This document shows, piece after piece, positions 31,101 through 42,000 of a DNA stretch of 64,000 nucleotides. Every line of letters begins with the position of its first letter. Position 1 is the stretch's first letter. The notes beneath the pieces were generated by a model. It saw only the letters and a program-made list of their open reading frames with translations. It was not told the origin of the DNA and ran no database searches. The translations under genes were made by a program, and so were the position numbers. Origin of the DNA: Piromyces finnis finn (Eukaryota > Fungi > Neocallimastigomycota); contig MCFH01000002.1 in assembly GCA_002104945.1 (NCBI GenBank), forward strand, positions 1,178,001 to 1,242,000, read 5' to 3'.

Positions 31101-33702
31101 AATTGAATTTTACAAAGCATTAATTCCATCAAGTAATGATTCTAATAATGCTACAGGTAATAATTCTTCTGGTAATACTACTTCAGATAATGATGCTCAT
31201 GGTTTAAATTTTATTCTTAAATTATTTAACCGTATTTGGGATGGAGATTTCCCCAACTCATGGAATGAATCCAGTATTGTTTCTATTCCTAAGAAGGGAG
31301 ATTTGACAGATTGTGATAACTATCGAGGTATATCACTTATCAATAATGGTATTAAGTTGATCTCCAAAATTGTCACCACTAGAATCTCAGAATATGGTCT
31401 AAAGAATAATTTCATTAGACCTGAACAATTTGGTTTTCGAAAAAAGGAAGAAAGTATCAGTCTTTTCATTTCAATCCAAGAAATATGCCGTAGACGTCAA
31501 TTAGATAATAAAGAGACATATTTGGCCTTTTTAGATCTCAGGAAAGCATACGATTCAGTCCCAATCGGTAATATTCTCCATAAATTAGATTGTTTAGGAA
31601 TCCGAGGTAAGAGTTTACAATTTATCAAAAATTTATATTTAACATCTAAGGCTAATTTCAAATTAGATGAACAATTCTCGAAATCTTTTGATGTGAAGAA
31701 AGGAGTCCGTCAAGGATGCCCTCTTTCTCCTATTCTCTTTAATCTCTTTATTAATGATATATTTAAAGAGTGCGAAGATCTAGGAGTCAGTTTAGGTGAC
31801 ACTCGATGCTGTGGTGGACTTTTTGCAGATGATATAGTTATTTGTGCTCCAACAAGAGGATGCTTAAAAAAGATGCTAAGAAGAGTTAATGAATGGGCCT
31901 TGTATAATGAAATGGAATTTGGTATCCAGAAATGTTCAACGATGGTGATTCGTCCTGAATCAATAGAAAATCAGAACAAGAGAGATCCAACATTTTACTT
32001 AGCAGGACAACCCATTCCAACTACTGATTGTTATACTTATCTTGGTGTTCCATTTGATAAGAATCTGTCCCTTAAATCAGTAATTAAAGCTCTTAATAAC
32101 AAGGTTTTGAAAGGACTTTTTTCAGTCAGTAAATTCTTAAGAAATCCTAATATTCCTATTCCTTTCAAAAAACTAGTACTTAACTCACAAGTGATTAGCA
32201 GAGTTTCATACTTTGCACCATTACTTGGATCCAACAAAGCCAGGTCTAGAATTGCTCAGAAGCATGTTAACAAAGGAATACGATGGGTTGCCGGAGTTCA
32301 TAAAGCTGTATCGTTTATATCTTTATACTCTATCTCAAAAGATTTGAATATTCCTCCATTGTCAGCCAAATGTGCGTTAGCTCAGGTTAGATGTTTTAAC
32401 AAATGGAAAAACTCAAATTGTATTATCTCATACCTTGTCAATTACATTCCTAAATTTAGAAAATACACATGGTGCAAATCAAGTAGGACACTTGATAAAA
32501 AATTAAAGAAACATGGAGATGTTAAAGCAGTTAAAAACTTTTATTGGAAAGATCTCAAAGGGAATTCAATCAAAGCGCAATATTATGATGATAATAAATT
32601 TATTGAAACTAAAGATTTTATTAAATTATGTTATGAGTACCCAGAGTTTGCCTATGGCTTCTACTGGCTATTGAAAGCAAGAAGCGGATACAAGTTGGAT
32701 GCTAGAGTTGCCAAAGCTGCTAAATTTGTTGATCCAGTTTGTCCTAACTACTGTCCATGTTGCAAGTGTGGTGTTCAAAGTATTAAACATTGGTTATTAG
32801 ATTGTCCAACATTTAGAGATATCCGTATTAAACATTATGATTCCATAGTCCAGCTACTAAATTTTTTCAGTCAACGTAATTCCAATAGTCCTATCAATAA
32901 TAATGAAAATGTTAATATCAGTAGAGATAGCAATAACATTAATAGTAATAGTAACAATAGTAGTAATAACAATAGTAATAGTAACAATAGTAATAATAAC
33001 AATAGTAGTAATAGAAATAGTAATAATAACAATAGTAGTTATAGAAATAATAATACTAGTAATGATAGCAATAGTGAAGATAATAATTCTAATTTAGATA
33101 GTAATTTAGTTAATGATAGTAATAGTTCTAATAATCCGGTGAATATTAATGTGTATGATTATTCTAGTGTGTGCAGTAAAATATTTAAATTCCTTCTTGG
33201 GGGAAGAAGTTTTAACAATATTAATTACAATTCAAGGGAATGGAAAGAACTTTGTAAGCGTCAGATTCAATCTGGTACTAATGAAGGAACACCATTCTTG
33301 ACGGTAACCGCGGAACCTCTAACCAAAATCATGCCTTTTGCTATTGGCCAGCAATGGACAATGTTCAAAAGGTTTGAAGCAACATCCAAGAGCGTCAATG
33401 CTGAAGAAACAGTAAGACAGGCCAGGAGGGCCAGCGCAACCAATGGAGATCATAATTTTGTTCCATGACAAAATTTTGATCTTTGGCTCGGTGTCCCATT
33501 GGAAGTCAAATACAATTATTATACTTTAGTATGATAGTGGCTTTCTTACTTTAATTAAAATTACTAGAATACATTATACCCAATTTTTATTCATTTGTGT
33601 TTATTTAAACATATTTTTTTTATTTTTATTTATTTTTAATTTTTTATTACATGTATTATAATTTTAATTAAATTAATAATAAAGTTTAAAATATTTGATG
33701 CC

Positions 33703-33741
<39 letters not shown>
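28157..33741 (+). mobile_element. Full-length non-LTR retrotransposon (LINE), single ORF, structured 5' UTR, 3' UTR and poly(A) tail
   Basis: Preceded by TTTAGTAGGCAAT (28144-28156), which recurs as a TSD partner at 33839-33851. About 770-nt 5' UTR, ORF 28924-33468, 3' UTR ending ...GATGCCGTT, then poly(A) to 33741. Confidence 0.95.
28924..33468 (+). CDS. LINE polyprotein: RRM-like N-terminus, APE endonuclease, reverse transcriptase, C-terminal CCHC zinc knuckle (intact ORF, 1514 aa)
   Basis: APE motifs WNTNG, FQET, GDFN, IDH, SDH. RT motifs KASGPDGIP, NYRGISL, FLDLRKAYDSV, GVRQGCPLSP, LFADD, YTYLG. Zinc knuckle CPCCKCGVQSIKHWLLDC. Confidence 0.97.
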   Translation: MSVLYIKDKNYIRRGTRSYGIPLDDIRSFFIRGIRSWSVNMLWEKLEVILEDKFNSVISVKYFQTFNDHFFLVKVHGSSKDCIKILHMLKKKLSVTSISFSARSRRNHKYTFSTLKRKILVSNKHHHSIQQSFQQSVQQSHQQSDLQQDLQQDLQQVSHHENIPDLQQTQFQSQHSTINSYSSINSDNSSIVDSSSVSQPSSNSSTYSSDASSINNDDFNNNNNSNDSSSSNKPDNFSFCLSWNTNGWNHEKRDSISYFTAIFKPLFLCFQETGNGSGSNTDYPCRVTLRNYRHFFKKADESVPGMRGLYLGFHNSCQASLENFSGKYIISIYTFSLWNRFKCSIGNVYMPHSHHNIYVDHAKLEVRLWLQTHSSHPSILVGDFNMSKVKLSNWLSTNGLGDWEILPLRGSTISWTRGDQSSDIDHALINSKMKDLIHSGSFINNFYPVSDHKPLLINGKIIPMEDFSNDFNVPKKILKWNRLKCIEEKESILSHNKFQILSAKFNDPNVSTDELSKEFTSTAFSIADELSITSANNVIKSSFHISQQIFNLQKIKMKLYKRFKKERIYDIDEFIKRIKIYRKLIDYIHKRCNEFRKQEYLHWIKTGCEYMKSHNPKKAWKWIKKTAKIGKDSFFIAQPIKNKNGELVVATEEQLDVWHDHFENLASDPSGVSLDLEHWYEEPMNKRFSLPMLDEWDINQDISIDEVKSAILSTPNYKASGPDGIPIEFYKALIPSSNDSNNATGNNSSGNTTSDNDAHGLNFILKLFNRIWDGDFPNSWNESSIVSIPKKGDLTDCDNYRGISLINNGIKLISKIVTTRISEYGLKNNFIRPEQFGFRKKEESISLFISIQEICRRRQLDNKETYLAFLDLRKAYDSVPIGNILHKLDCLGIRGKSLQFIKNLYLTSKANFKLDEQFSKSFDVKKGVRQGCPLSPILFNLFINDIFKECEDLGVSLGDTRCCGGLFADDIVICAPTRGCLKKMLRRVNEWALYNEMEFGIQKCSTMVIRPESIENQNKRDPTFYLAGQPIPTTDCYTYLGVPFDKNLSLKSVIKALNNKVLKGLFSVSKFLRNPNIPIPFKKLVLNSQVISRVSYFAPLLGSNKARSRIAQKHVNKGIRWVAGVHKAVSFISLYSISKDLNIPPLSAKCALAQVRCFNKWKNSNCIISYLVNYIPKFRKYTWCKSSRTLDKKLKKHGDVKAVKNFYWKDLKGNSIKAQYYDDNKFIETKDFIKLCYEYPEFAYGFYWLLKARSGYKLDARVAKAAKFVDPVCPNYCPCCKCGVQSIKHWLLDCPTFRDIRIKHYDSIVQLLNFFSQRNSNSPINNNENVNISRDSNNINSNSNNSSNNNSNSNNSNNNNSSNRNSNNNNSSYRNNNTSNDSNSEDNNSNLDSNLVNDSNSSNNPVNINVYDYSSVCSKIFKFLLGGRSFNNINYNSREWKELCKRQIQSGTNEGTPFLTVTAEPLTKIMPFAIGQQWTMFKRFEATSKSVNAEETVRQARRASATNGDHNFVP

Positions 33742-33743
<2 letters not shown>

Positions 33744-33850
33744 TTTAATACTCACCTGTTGATTCATTTTATTTCATTCCTCTAACGATTTCTTCATACT
33801 AATAAATTATGAATATCAAGAATTTTTACATGGTTACTATTGCCTACTAA

Positions 33851-33851
<1 letters not shown>

Positions 33852-33881
<30 letters not shown>

Positions 33882-36800
33882 GGCATCAAATATTTTAAAC
33901 TTTATTATTAATTTAATTAAAATTATAATACATGTAATAAAAAATTAAAAATAAATAAAAATAAAAAAAAATATGTTTAAATAAACACAAATGAATAAAA
34001 ATTGGGTATAATGTATTCTAGTAATTTTAATTAAAGTAAGAAAGCCACTATCATACTAAAGTATAATAATTGTATTTGACTTCCAATGGGACACCGAGCC
34101 AAAGATCAAAATTTTGTCATGGAACAAAATTATGATCTCCATTGGTTGCGCTGGCCCTCCTGGCCTGTCTTACTGTTTCTTCAGCATTGACGCTCTTGGA
34201 TGTTGCTTCAAACCTTTTGAACATTGACCATTGCTGGCCAATAGCAAAAGGCATGATTTTGGTTAGAAGTTCCGCGGTTACCGTCAAGAATGGTGTTCCT
34301 TCATTAGTACCAGATTGAATCTGACGCTTACAAAGTTCTTTCCATACCCTTGAATTGTAATTGATATTGTTAAAACTTCTTCCCCCAAGAAGGAATTTAA
34401 ATATTTTACTGCACACACTAGAATAATCATACACATTAATATTCACCGGATTATTAGAACTATTACTATCATTAATTAAATTACTATCTAAATTAGAATT
34501 ATTATCTTCACTATTGCTATCATTACTAGTATTATTATTTCTATAACTACTATTGTTATTATTACTATTTCTATTACTACTATTGTTATTATTACTATTG
34601 TTACTATTACTATTGTTATTACTACTATTGTTACTATTACTATTAATGTTATTGCTATCTCTACTGATATTATCAATTTCATTATTATTGATAGGACTAT
34701 TGGAATTACGTTGACTGAAAAAATTAAGTAGCTGGACTATGGAATCATAATGTTTAATACGGATATCTCTAAATGTTGGACAATCTAATAACCAATGTTT
34801 AATACTTTGAACACCACACTTGCAACATGGACAGTAGTTAGGACAAACTGGATCAACAAATTTAGCAGCTTTGGCAACTCTAGCATCCAACTTATATCCG
34901 CTTCTTGCTTTCAATAGCCAGTAGAAGCCATAGGCAAACTCTGGGTATTCATAACATAATTTAATAAAATCTTTAGTTTCAATAAATTTATTATCATCAT
35001 AATATTGCGCTTTGATTGAATTCCCTTTGAGATCTTTCCAATAAAAGTTTTTAACTGCTTTAACATCTCCATGTTTCTTTAGTTTTTTATCAAGTGTCCT
35101 ACTTGATTTGCACCACGTGTATTTTCTAAATTTAGGAATGTAATTGAGAAGGTGTGAGATAATACAATTTGAGTTTTTCCATTTGTTAAAACATCTAACC
35201 TGAGCTAACGCACATTTGGCTGACAATGGAGGAATATTCAAATCTTTTGAGATAGAGTATAAAGATATAAACGATACAGCTTTATGAACTCCGGCAACCC
35301 ATCGTATTCCTTTGTTAACATGCTTCTGAGCAATCCTAGACCTAGCTTTGTTGGATCCAAGTAATGGTGCAAAGTATGAAACTCTGCTAATCACTTGAGA
35401 GTTAAGTACTAGTTTTTTGAAAGGAATAGGAATATTAGGATTTCTTAAGAATTTACTGACTGAGAAAAGTCCTTTCAAAACCTTGTTATTAAGAACTTTA
35501 ATTACTGGTTTAAGGGACAAATTCTTATCAAATGGAACACCAAGATAAGTATAACAATCAGTAGTTGGAATGGGTTGTCCTGCTAAGTAAAATGTTGGAT
35601 CTCTCTTGTTCTGATTTTCTATTGATTCAGGACGAATCACCATCGTTGAACATTTCTGGATACCAAATTCCATTTCATTATACAATGCCCATTCATTAAC
35701 TCTTCTAAGCATCTTTTTTAAGCATCCTCTTGTTGGAGCACAAATAACTATATCATCTGCAAAAAGTCCACCACAGCATCGAGTGTCACCTAAACTGACT
35801 CCGAGATCTTCACACTCTTTAAATATATCATTAATAAAGAGATTAAAAAGAATAGGAGAAAGTGGGCAACCTTGACGGACTCCTTTCTTCACATCAAAAG
35901 ATTTCGAGAATTGTCCATCTAATTTGACATTAGCCTTAGATGTTAAATATAAATTTTTGATAAATTGTTAACTCTTACCTCGGATTCCTAAACAATCTAA
36001 TTTATGGAGAATATTACCGATTGGGACTGAATCGTATGCTTTCCTGAGATCTAAAAAGGCCAAATATGTCTCTTTATTATCTAATTGACGTCTACGGCAT
36101 ATTTCTTGGATTGAAATGAAAAGACTGATACTTTCTTCCTTTTTTCGAAAACCAAATTGTTCAGGTCTAATGAAATTATTCTTTAGACCATATTCTGAGA
36201 TTCTAGTGGTGACAATTTTGGAGATCAACTTAATACCATTATTGATAAGTGATATACCTCGATAGTTATCACAATCTGTCAAATCTCCCTTCTTAGGAAT
36301 AGAAACAATACTGGATTCATTCCATGAGTTGGGGAAATCTCCATCCCAAATACGGTTAAATAATTTAAGAATAAAATTTAAACCATGAGCATCATTATCT
36401 GAAGTAGTATTACCAGAAGAATTATTATCTGTAGCATTATTAGAATCATTACTTGATGGAATTAATGCTTTGTAAAATTCAATTGGAATACCATCCGGAC
36501 CTGATGCTTTATAATTTGGAGTAGAGAGGATAGCTGACTTGACTTCATCAATACTAATATCTTGGTTGATATCCCACTCATCAAGCATAGGAAGTGAAAA
36601 ACGTTTATTCATTGGTTCTTCATACCAATTCTCCAAATCAAGACTTACACCACTTGGATCTGATGCAAGGTTTTCGAAATGATCATGCCACACTTCAAGT
36701 TGTTCTTCCGTAGCAACAACTAATTCTCCATTTTTATTTTTAATTGGTTGAGCAATAAAGAAAGAATCTTTTCCAATTTTTGCAGTTTTCTTGATCCATT

Positions 36801-38481
36801 TCCAGGCCTTCTTAGGATTATGACTCTTCATATACTCACATCCTGTTTTAATCCAATGAAGATATTCTTGTTTCCTAAATTCATTACATCTTTTGTGGAT
36901 GTAATCAATGAGCTTACGGTAGATTTTAATTCTTTTAATAAATTCATCTATATCATAAATTCTTTCTTTTTTAAATCTCTTATACAACTTCATTTTGATT
37001 TTTTGGAGATTAAAAATTTGTTGTGAAATATGAAATGAAGACTTTATAACATTATTTGCTGAGGTAATACTGAGCTCGTCTGCAATTGAAAAAGCAGTTG
37101 AAGTAAACTCTTTGGAAAGTTCATCTGTAGAAACATTAGGATCGTTGAATTTTGCTGAAAGAATTTGGAATTTATTATGACTAAGAATAGATTCCTTTTC
37201 CTCAATACATTTTAATCTATTCCATTTCAGAATTTTCTTAGGAACATTAAAGTCATTAGAAAAATCTTCCATAGGAATAATTTTACCATTAATAAGAAGT
37301 GGCTTATGGTCTGATACAGGATAAAAATTATTTATAAATGATCCTGAGTGAATAAGATCTTTCATCTTCGAATTGATAAGAGCATGGTCAATGTCGGAAG
37401 ATTGATCACCTCGAGTCCAAGAGATAGTAGACCCTCTAAGCGGAAGAATTTCCCAATCTCCTAATCCATTAGTTGATAACCAGTTGGATAATTTTACTTT
37501 AGACATATTAAAATCACCAACAAGAATCGATGGATGGGATGAATGAGTTTGTAACCACAAGCGAACTTCTAACTTTGCATGATCAACATAGATGTTGTGA
37601 TGACTATGAGGCATATAAACATTACCAATCGAGCATTTGAATCTATTCCAGAGACTAAAAGTATAAATAGAAATAATATACTTTCCAGAGAAGTTTTCAA
37701 GTGAGGCTTGACATGAATTGTGAAAACCTAAATATAAACCTCTCATTCCCGGAACTGATTCGTCAGCTTTCTTGAAAAAGTGTCTATAGTTTCGCAAAGT
37801 AACACGACAAGGATAATCTGTATTCGATCCAGAACCATTACCAGTTTCTTGGAAACATAAAAATAATGGTTTGAAAATAGCTGTGAAATAGCTAATACTA
37901 TCTCTCTTTTCGTGATTCCACCCATTGGTGTTCCAACTAAGACAAAAAGAAAAGTTATCAGGCTTGTTGGATGAGGAAGAATCGTTGCTATTATTATTAT
38001 TATCAAGGTCATCATTATTAATGGATGATGCATCAGAGGAATAAGTAGAACTATTACTAGATGGCTGTGAAACTGAAGAACTATCAACTATTGAACTGTT
38101 ATCAGAGTTGATAGAACTATTAGAATTAATTGTTGAATGTTGAGATTGAAATTGTGTTTGCTGTAGATCTGGAATATTTTCATGATGGGAAACTTGTTGA
38201 AGATCTTGTTGAAGATCTTGTTGAAGATCGGATTGTTGATGAGATTGTTGAACTGATTGTTGAAATGATTGTTGAATAGAATGTTGATGTTTATTAGAAA
38301 CTAAAATTTTACGTTTGAGAGTGGAAAAAGTGTATTTGTGATTCCTTCTACTACGAGCTGAAAAGGAAATTGAGGTAACTGAAAGTTTCTTCTTTAACAT
38401 GTGTAAGATTTTAATACAATCTTTTGATGAACCATGAACCTTGACTAAGAAAAAGTGATCATTGAAAGTCTGAAAATATTT
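33852..38481 (-). mobile_element. 5'-truncated second copy of the same LINE, inverted (tail-to-tail)
   Basis: Poly(T) 33852-33878 followed by the reverse complement of the LINE 3' UTR and ORF. Homology ends at about 38481 (equivalent to about 29104 in copy 1), next to AGTATTAAATC (38482-38492). Confidence 0.95.
34117..38400 (-). pseudogene. Disrupted LINE ORF (5' truncation plus in-frame TTA>TAA nonsense at 35968-35970)
   Basis: ORFs 35968-38400 and 34117-35892 are in the same frame and nearly identical to copy 1. GGT AAG AGT TTA CAA in copy 1 reads GGT AAG AGT TAA CAA here. Confidence 0.92.
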
Positions 38482-39075
38482 AGTATTAAATCTATAGATA
38501 TATAAATCTTTTCAATCCTATTACTGAAAAAAGGATAGTACGCATTTTTATTTTTTCTTTTTTTTTTTTTAAAAGTATAAATAAAAATTACAAGAATACT
38601 TTTTGTATAAAAAAAAAAAAAAAAAACACATTAATGAATAAACACTATAAAAAAAAAAAATTTTTTTTTTTTTTTAATATTTAATTTATTTATTTATTTT
38701 GGTTTGTTTGTTTGTTTTTATATATATATATATAAATTTACAGAATATTTATTTTGGAAAAATGAAAAAAAAAAAAAAATTCTTAATTTATTTTATATAT
38801 AGGATATGGATAGTTAATTTTTTATATATAATAAATAGATATTGATGTATTAATATAGGTATAACTTATATTTTATAGGCATAAAAATAAAATTGTTTGT
38901 TATTTTAAAATGTTAATGTTACAAAAAAAAAAAAAAAAAAAGAAAAAATAAAAAAAAAAAATAGATATACTTTTTTTTTATTTAAATATACCTTTTTTTT
39001 TTTTTTTTTTTTATTATTAATCATTATAATTTTCTTTTTCTTTTTTTTTTTTTTTTTTTTTTAATCAATTATTAT

Positions 39076-42000
39076 TTAATTTGAATTGTCATTATTTATA
39101 ATTTGAAGTTTGGCAAAGTTAATAAAGATTTGTTCTAAAGATGTTTGACTAAAAGTATAGTCAGAAATTAAACCGGATGCTTTACATCCTTCCATAGCTT
39201 CAAATATTTTGCCAATACCCTTTTGAATTGAAATCTCATAATTTACACGATCGTGAGATTTAATTTCTTTCTTATAGACATTACCTAAAATACCAACTTC
39301 TTCAATCATCTTAGTATGGAAGGCTTCAATATCCTTTGATTGAACTTCTAAATTGTAACCTTCACCATATTTCATTTTAATATGTTCTGGTGATCCAATA
39401 CATTTTAATCTTCCATTAATTAAAATACCAAGACGATCACATAAGAATTCAGCTTCTTCCATAGAGTGAGTTGTCATAATAATAGCAGTATTATTTTCTT
39501 TTTTGGTTTCCTTAATAATATTCCAGATGTATCTTCTGGTTGATGGATCCATACCAGCAGTTGGTTCATCTAATAAAACTTGATTTGGACAACCACAAAT
39601 AGCCATTAATAAACAAAGCTTACGCTTAGTACCACCACTTAATTTAGAAGCATGCTTTCCTTCATGTTCTTCTAAACCACAACTACGAATGTATTGTGTA
39701 GTATATTCTTTAGCTAATTCATCTGAATAACCACGAATCTTTAAGAAAAATTCAAGATGTTCACGAATAGTTAATTCTTTCCAGAAGGTATCGTTTTGTG
39801 GACAATAACCAAGAGAAATATTATTATATCTAGCAATATGAGATTCTACACCATCATAATAAATCTTACCAGTAGTTTGAGGAATAGTGGAAGTAATCAT
39901 GTTTAATGTTGTTGATTTACCAGCACCATTTGGTCCTAATAAACCAAAACATTCATGCTTATTAATTCCAAATGAAACATCTTCAACTGCAGTTCTTACA
40001 TATGTATTTCTAGTGTATGGTGATTTGTGAACATCACCAAATTTATATTTAGTTCTTTCTTTAATTATCTTCTTTTCTTCTGGATTACTTGGTAAGCTTA
40101 CTCTATAATCTTTACTTATTTGAAGAGTACTAATTGGAAGGTTGTTATAGTTGGACTTAATGTTTAAATATTCATTATAGACATCTTCATCACCTTCTTG
40201 AAGTAATCTTTTATTTTCTTCAGTACTTTCTGGAGTAGGTGTATGAATATCACTGGCATTGGATTGATTCTTTCTGGCATCACATTTTAATAATAAAATA
40301 AAGTAAATAATAATATCAACAACTAAAACAAGAATTAATGGGGTAATTCCAGAATTAAATTTTAATAAGTAGTTAAAACCAAGATCTAACTTCAAAAGTT
40401 TCATTAAGAATTGAATGGTGAATAAGGCATTAAAAATACCCATAATGGCATATGGTGGATTAATTAATCCAAATATAATTTCTACAATAATAGCTGTATT
40501 TGAATACATTTTATTTGGATCAGTGGATTGATATTGATTATTGATTAATGAAAAAGCGATAACACCAACATAGGCTGGAAGAAGATTAATTAATGCCATA
40601 AATGAATTTGCAGTATCTACTTTATCAAAGAAGAAACTAATAACATATTGATAAATTAATGTAGCAAAAGACCTATTATATACCATATATAAAAAAGAGT
40701 TTAGCATTGAATAAATAAAATATATTTTTAATATATATATGTATATTTTCATATATTTATTCTTTTACTTACCACAAGACATTTGTTATTAATAAAATGA
40801 TTATAACGTTAACGTCAAGGAATACTTGAGGTTGGAAAATAATACCAACAATAACTATACATACACTAGTAACAAATGTAAGACTTGCATCAGTTAAAAG
40901 AGAAGATATCCAATAATTAAATCTTGATACACCATTTAATTGAAGTTGTTGAAGTAATTGATTAACTCTTTCTCTTACAATTAATGGGCCGTATAAAGAA
41001 ATACCAGTAAGTAAAGCAGCTCCTATATAAATACCAATAATAACACTAGCAGCTGTAACAAATACATAGTTTCCATATGAAAATGGATGAGATTTAGTGA
41101 CAATTCTTTCATTGATATTATTAGAGGCGAGAATAGTATTTGAGAGGGCATTCATTGTTGCAGGTAATGAATGACTCATGGATGTATTTAAGTAAATATT
41201 GAAATTGTAACTGTCATTTTCAAGTGAACCTGATACAGAAGAAACATAGTATGGTTCTTTGTTTACAGTTTTACCTATTTTATTTAATTCTTCATTGGAA
41301 TAGCTTTTTAATGCATCTGCACCAACCATATTTCCATATAATTCTTTGAAATTAGGAATATTTGTTTGAGTTGTATCAACATTCCAGAGTGAACCATTGT
41401 ACATAGTTGGTGAAATTTCTTTTGGTTTAAATGTTACAATTTGAACATTATCCATTGCTTTAAGAAGAATAAAGGTAATTATAGTAATAATAACCGGTGT
41501 TAAAAGGGCACTAACGGCAAATGATTTATTGTGGAAGAAAATCTTTAATCTGAATTTTATTAAAGTAATTATTTTTTGAATATTGGTTAATCCTTGAACT
41601 TCTTTTAAGTTTGGTAATCCTTCATTAGTATTAATAATAAAAGCATCACTTCCAGTGTTTTCTTTTGGTGTTTCTTCAGTATGATCATCTTCTAAACGAA
41701 TAAATAATTCTTCCAAGGTTGGCATTGTTAAAGCGTAATTTTTAATAAGTTTATTTTCTCCAGCATAAGATTCTATTTCATTAAATAAATTAGAAAATTC
41801 AGATGTAGAAGAAATTGGTAACTTCCAAGTTCTCATTTCAACATCAGTATTCTTTGATTGCTTTTCAGAATCAATAATATATTTACTTTCAGGAATGTAT
41901 TTCTTAATGATATCATCAACTTGATCACAAGAATTACTTTCAATATCAAGACTGTATTCCATGTTAAAGTGATTCTTTAAATAAACACTAGTACCTAAAC

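Noticed and set aside
33300-33420. Group I intron-like echoes (AACCGCGGAA, ATGGACAAT, GCTGAAGAAACAGT resembling P/Q/S elements) in the LINE 3' region and SINE
   Set aside because: No matching R element forming P7 (GACUA/UAGUC) and no P3-P8 core could be built. The similarity is fragmentary.
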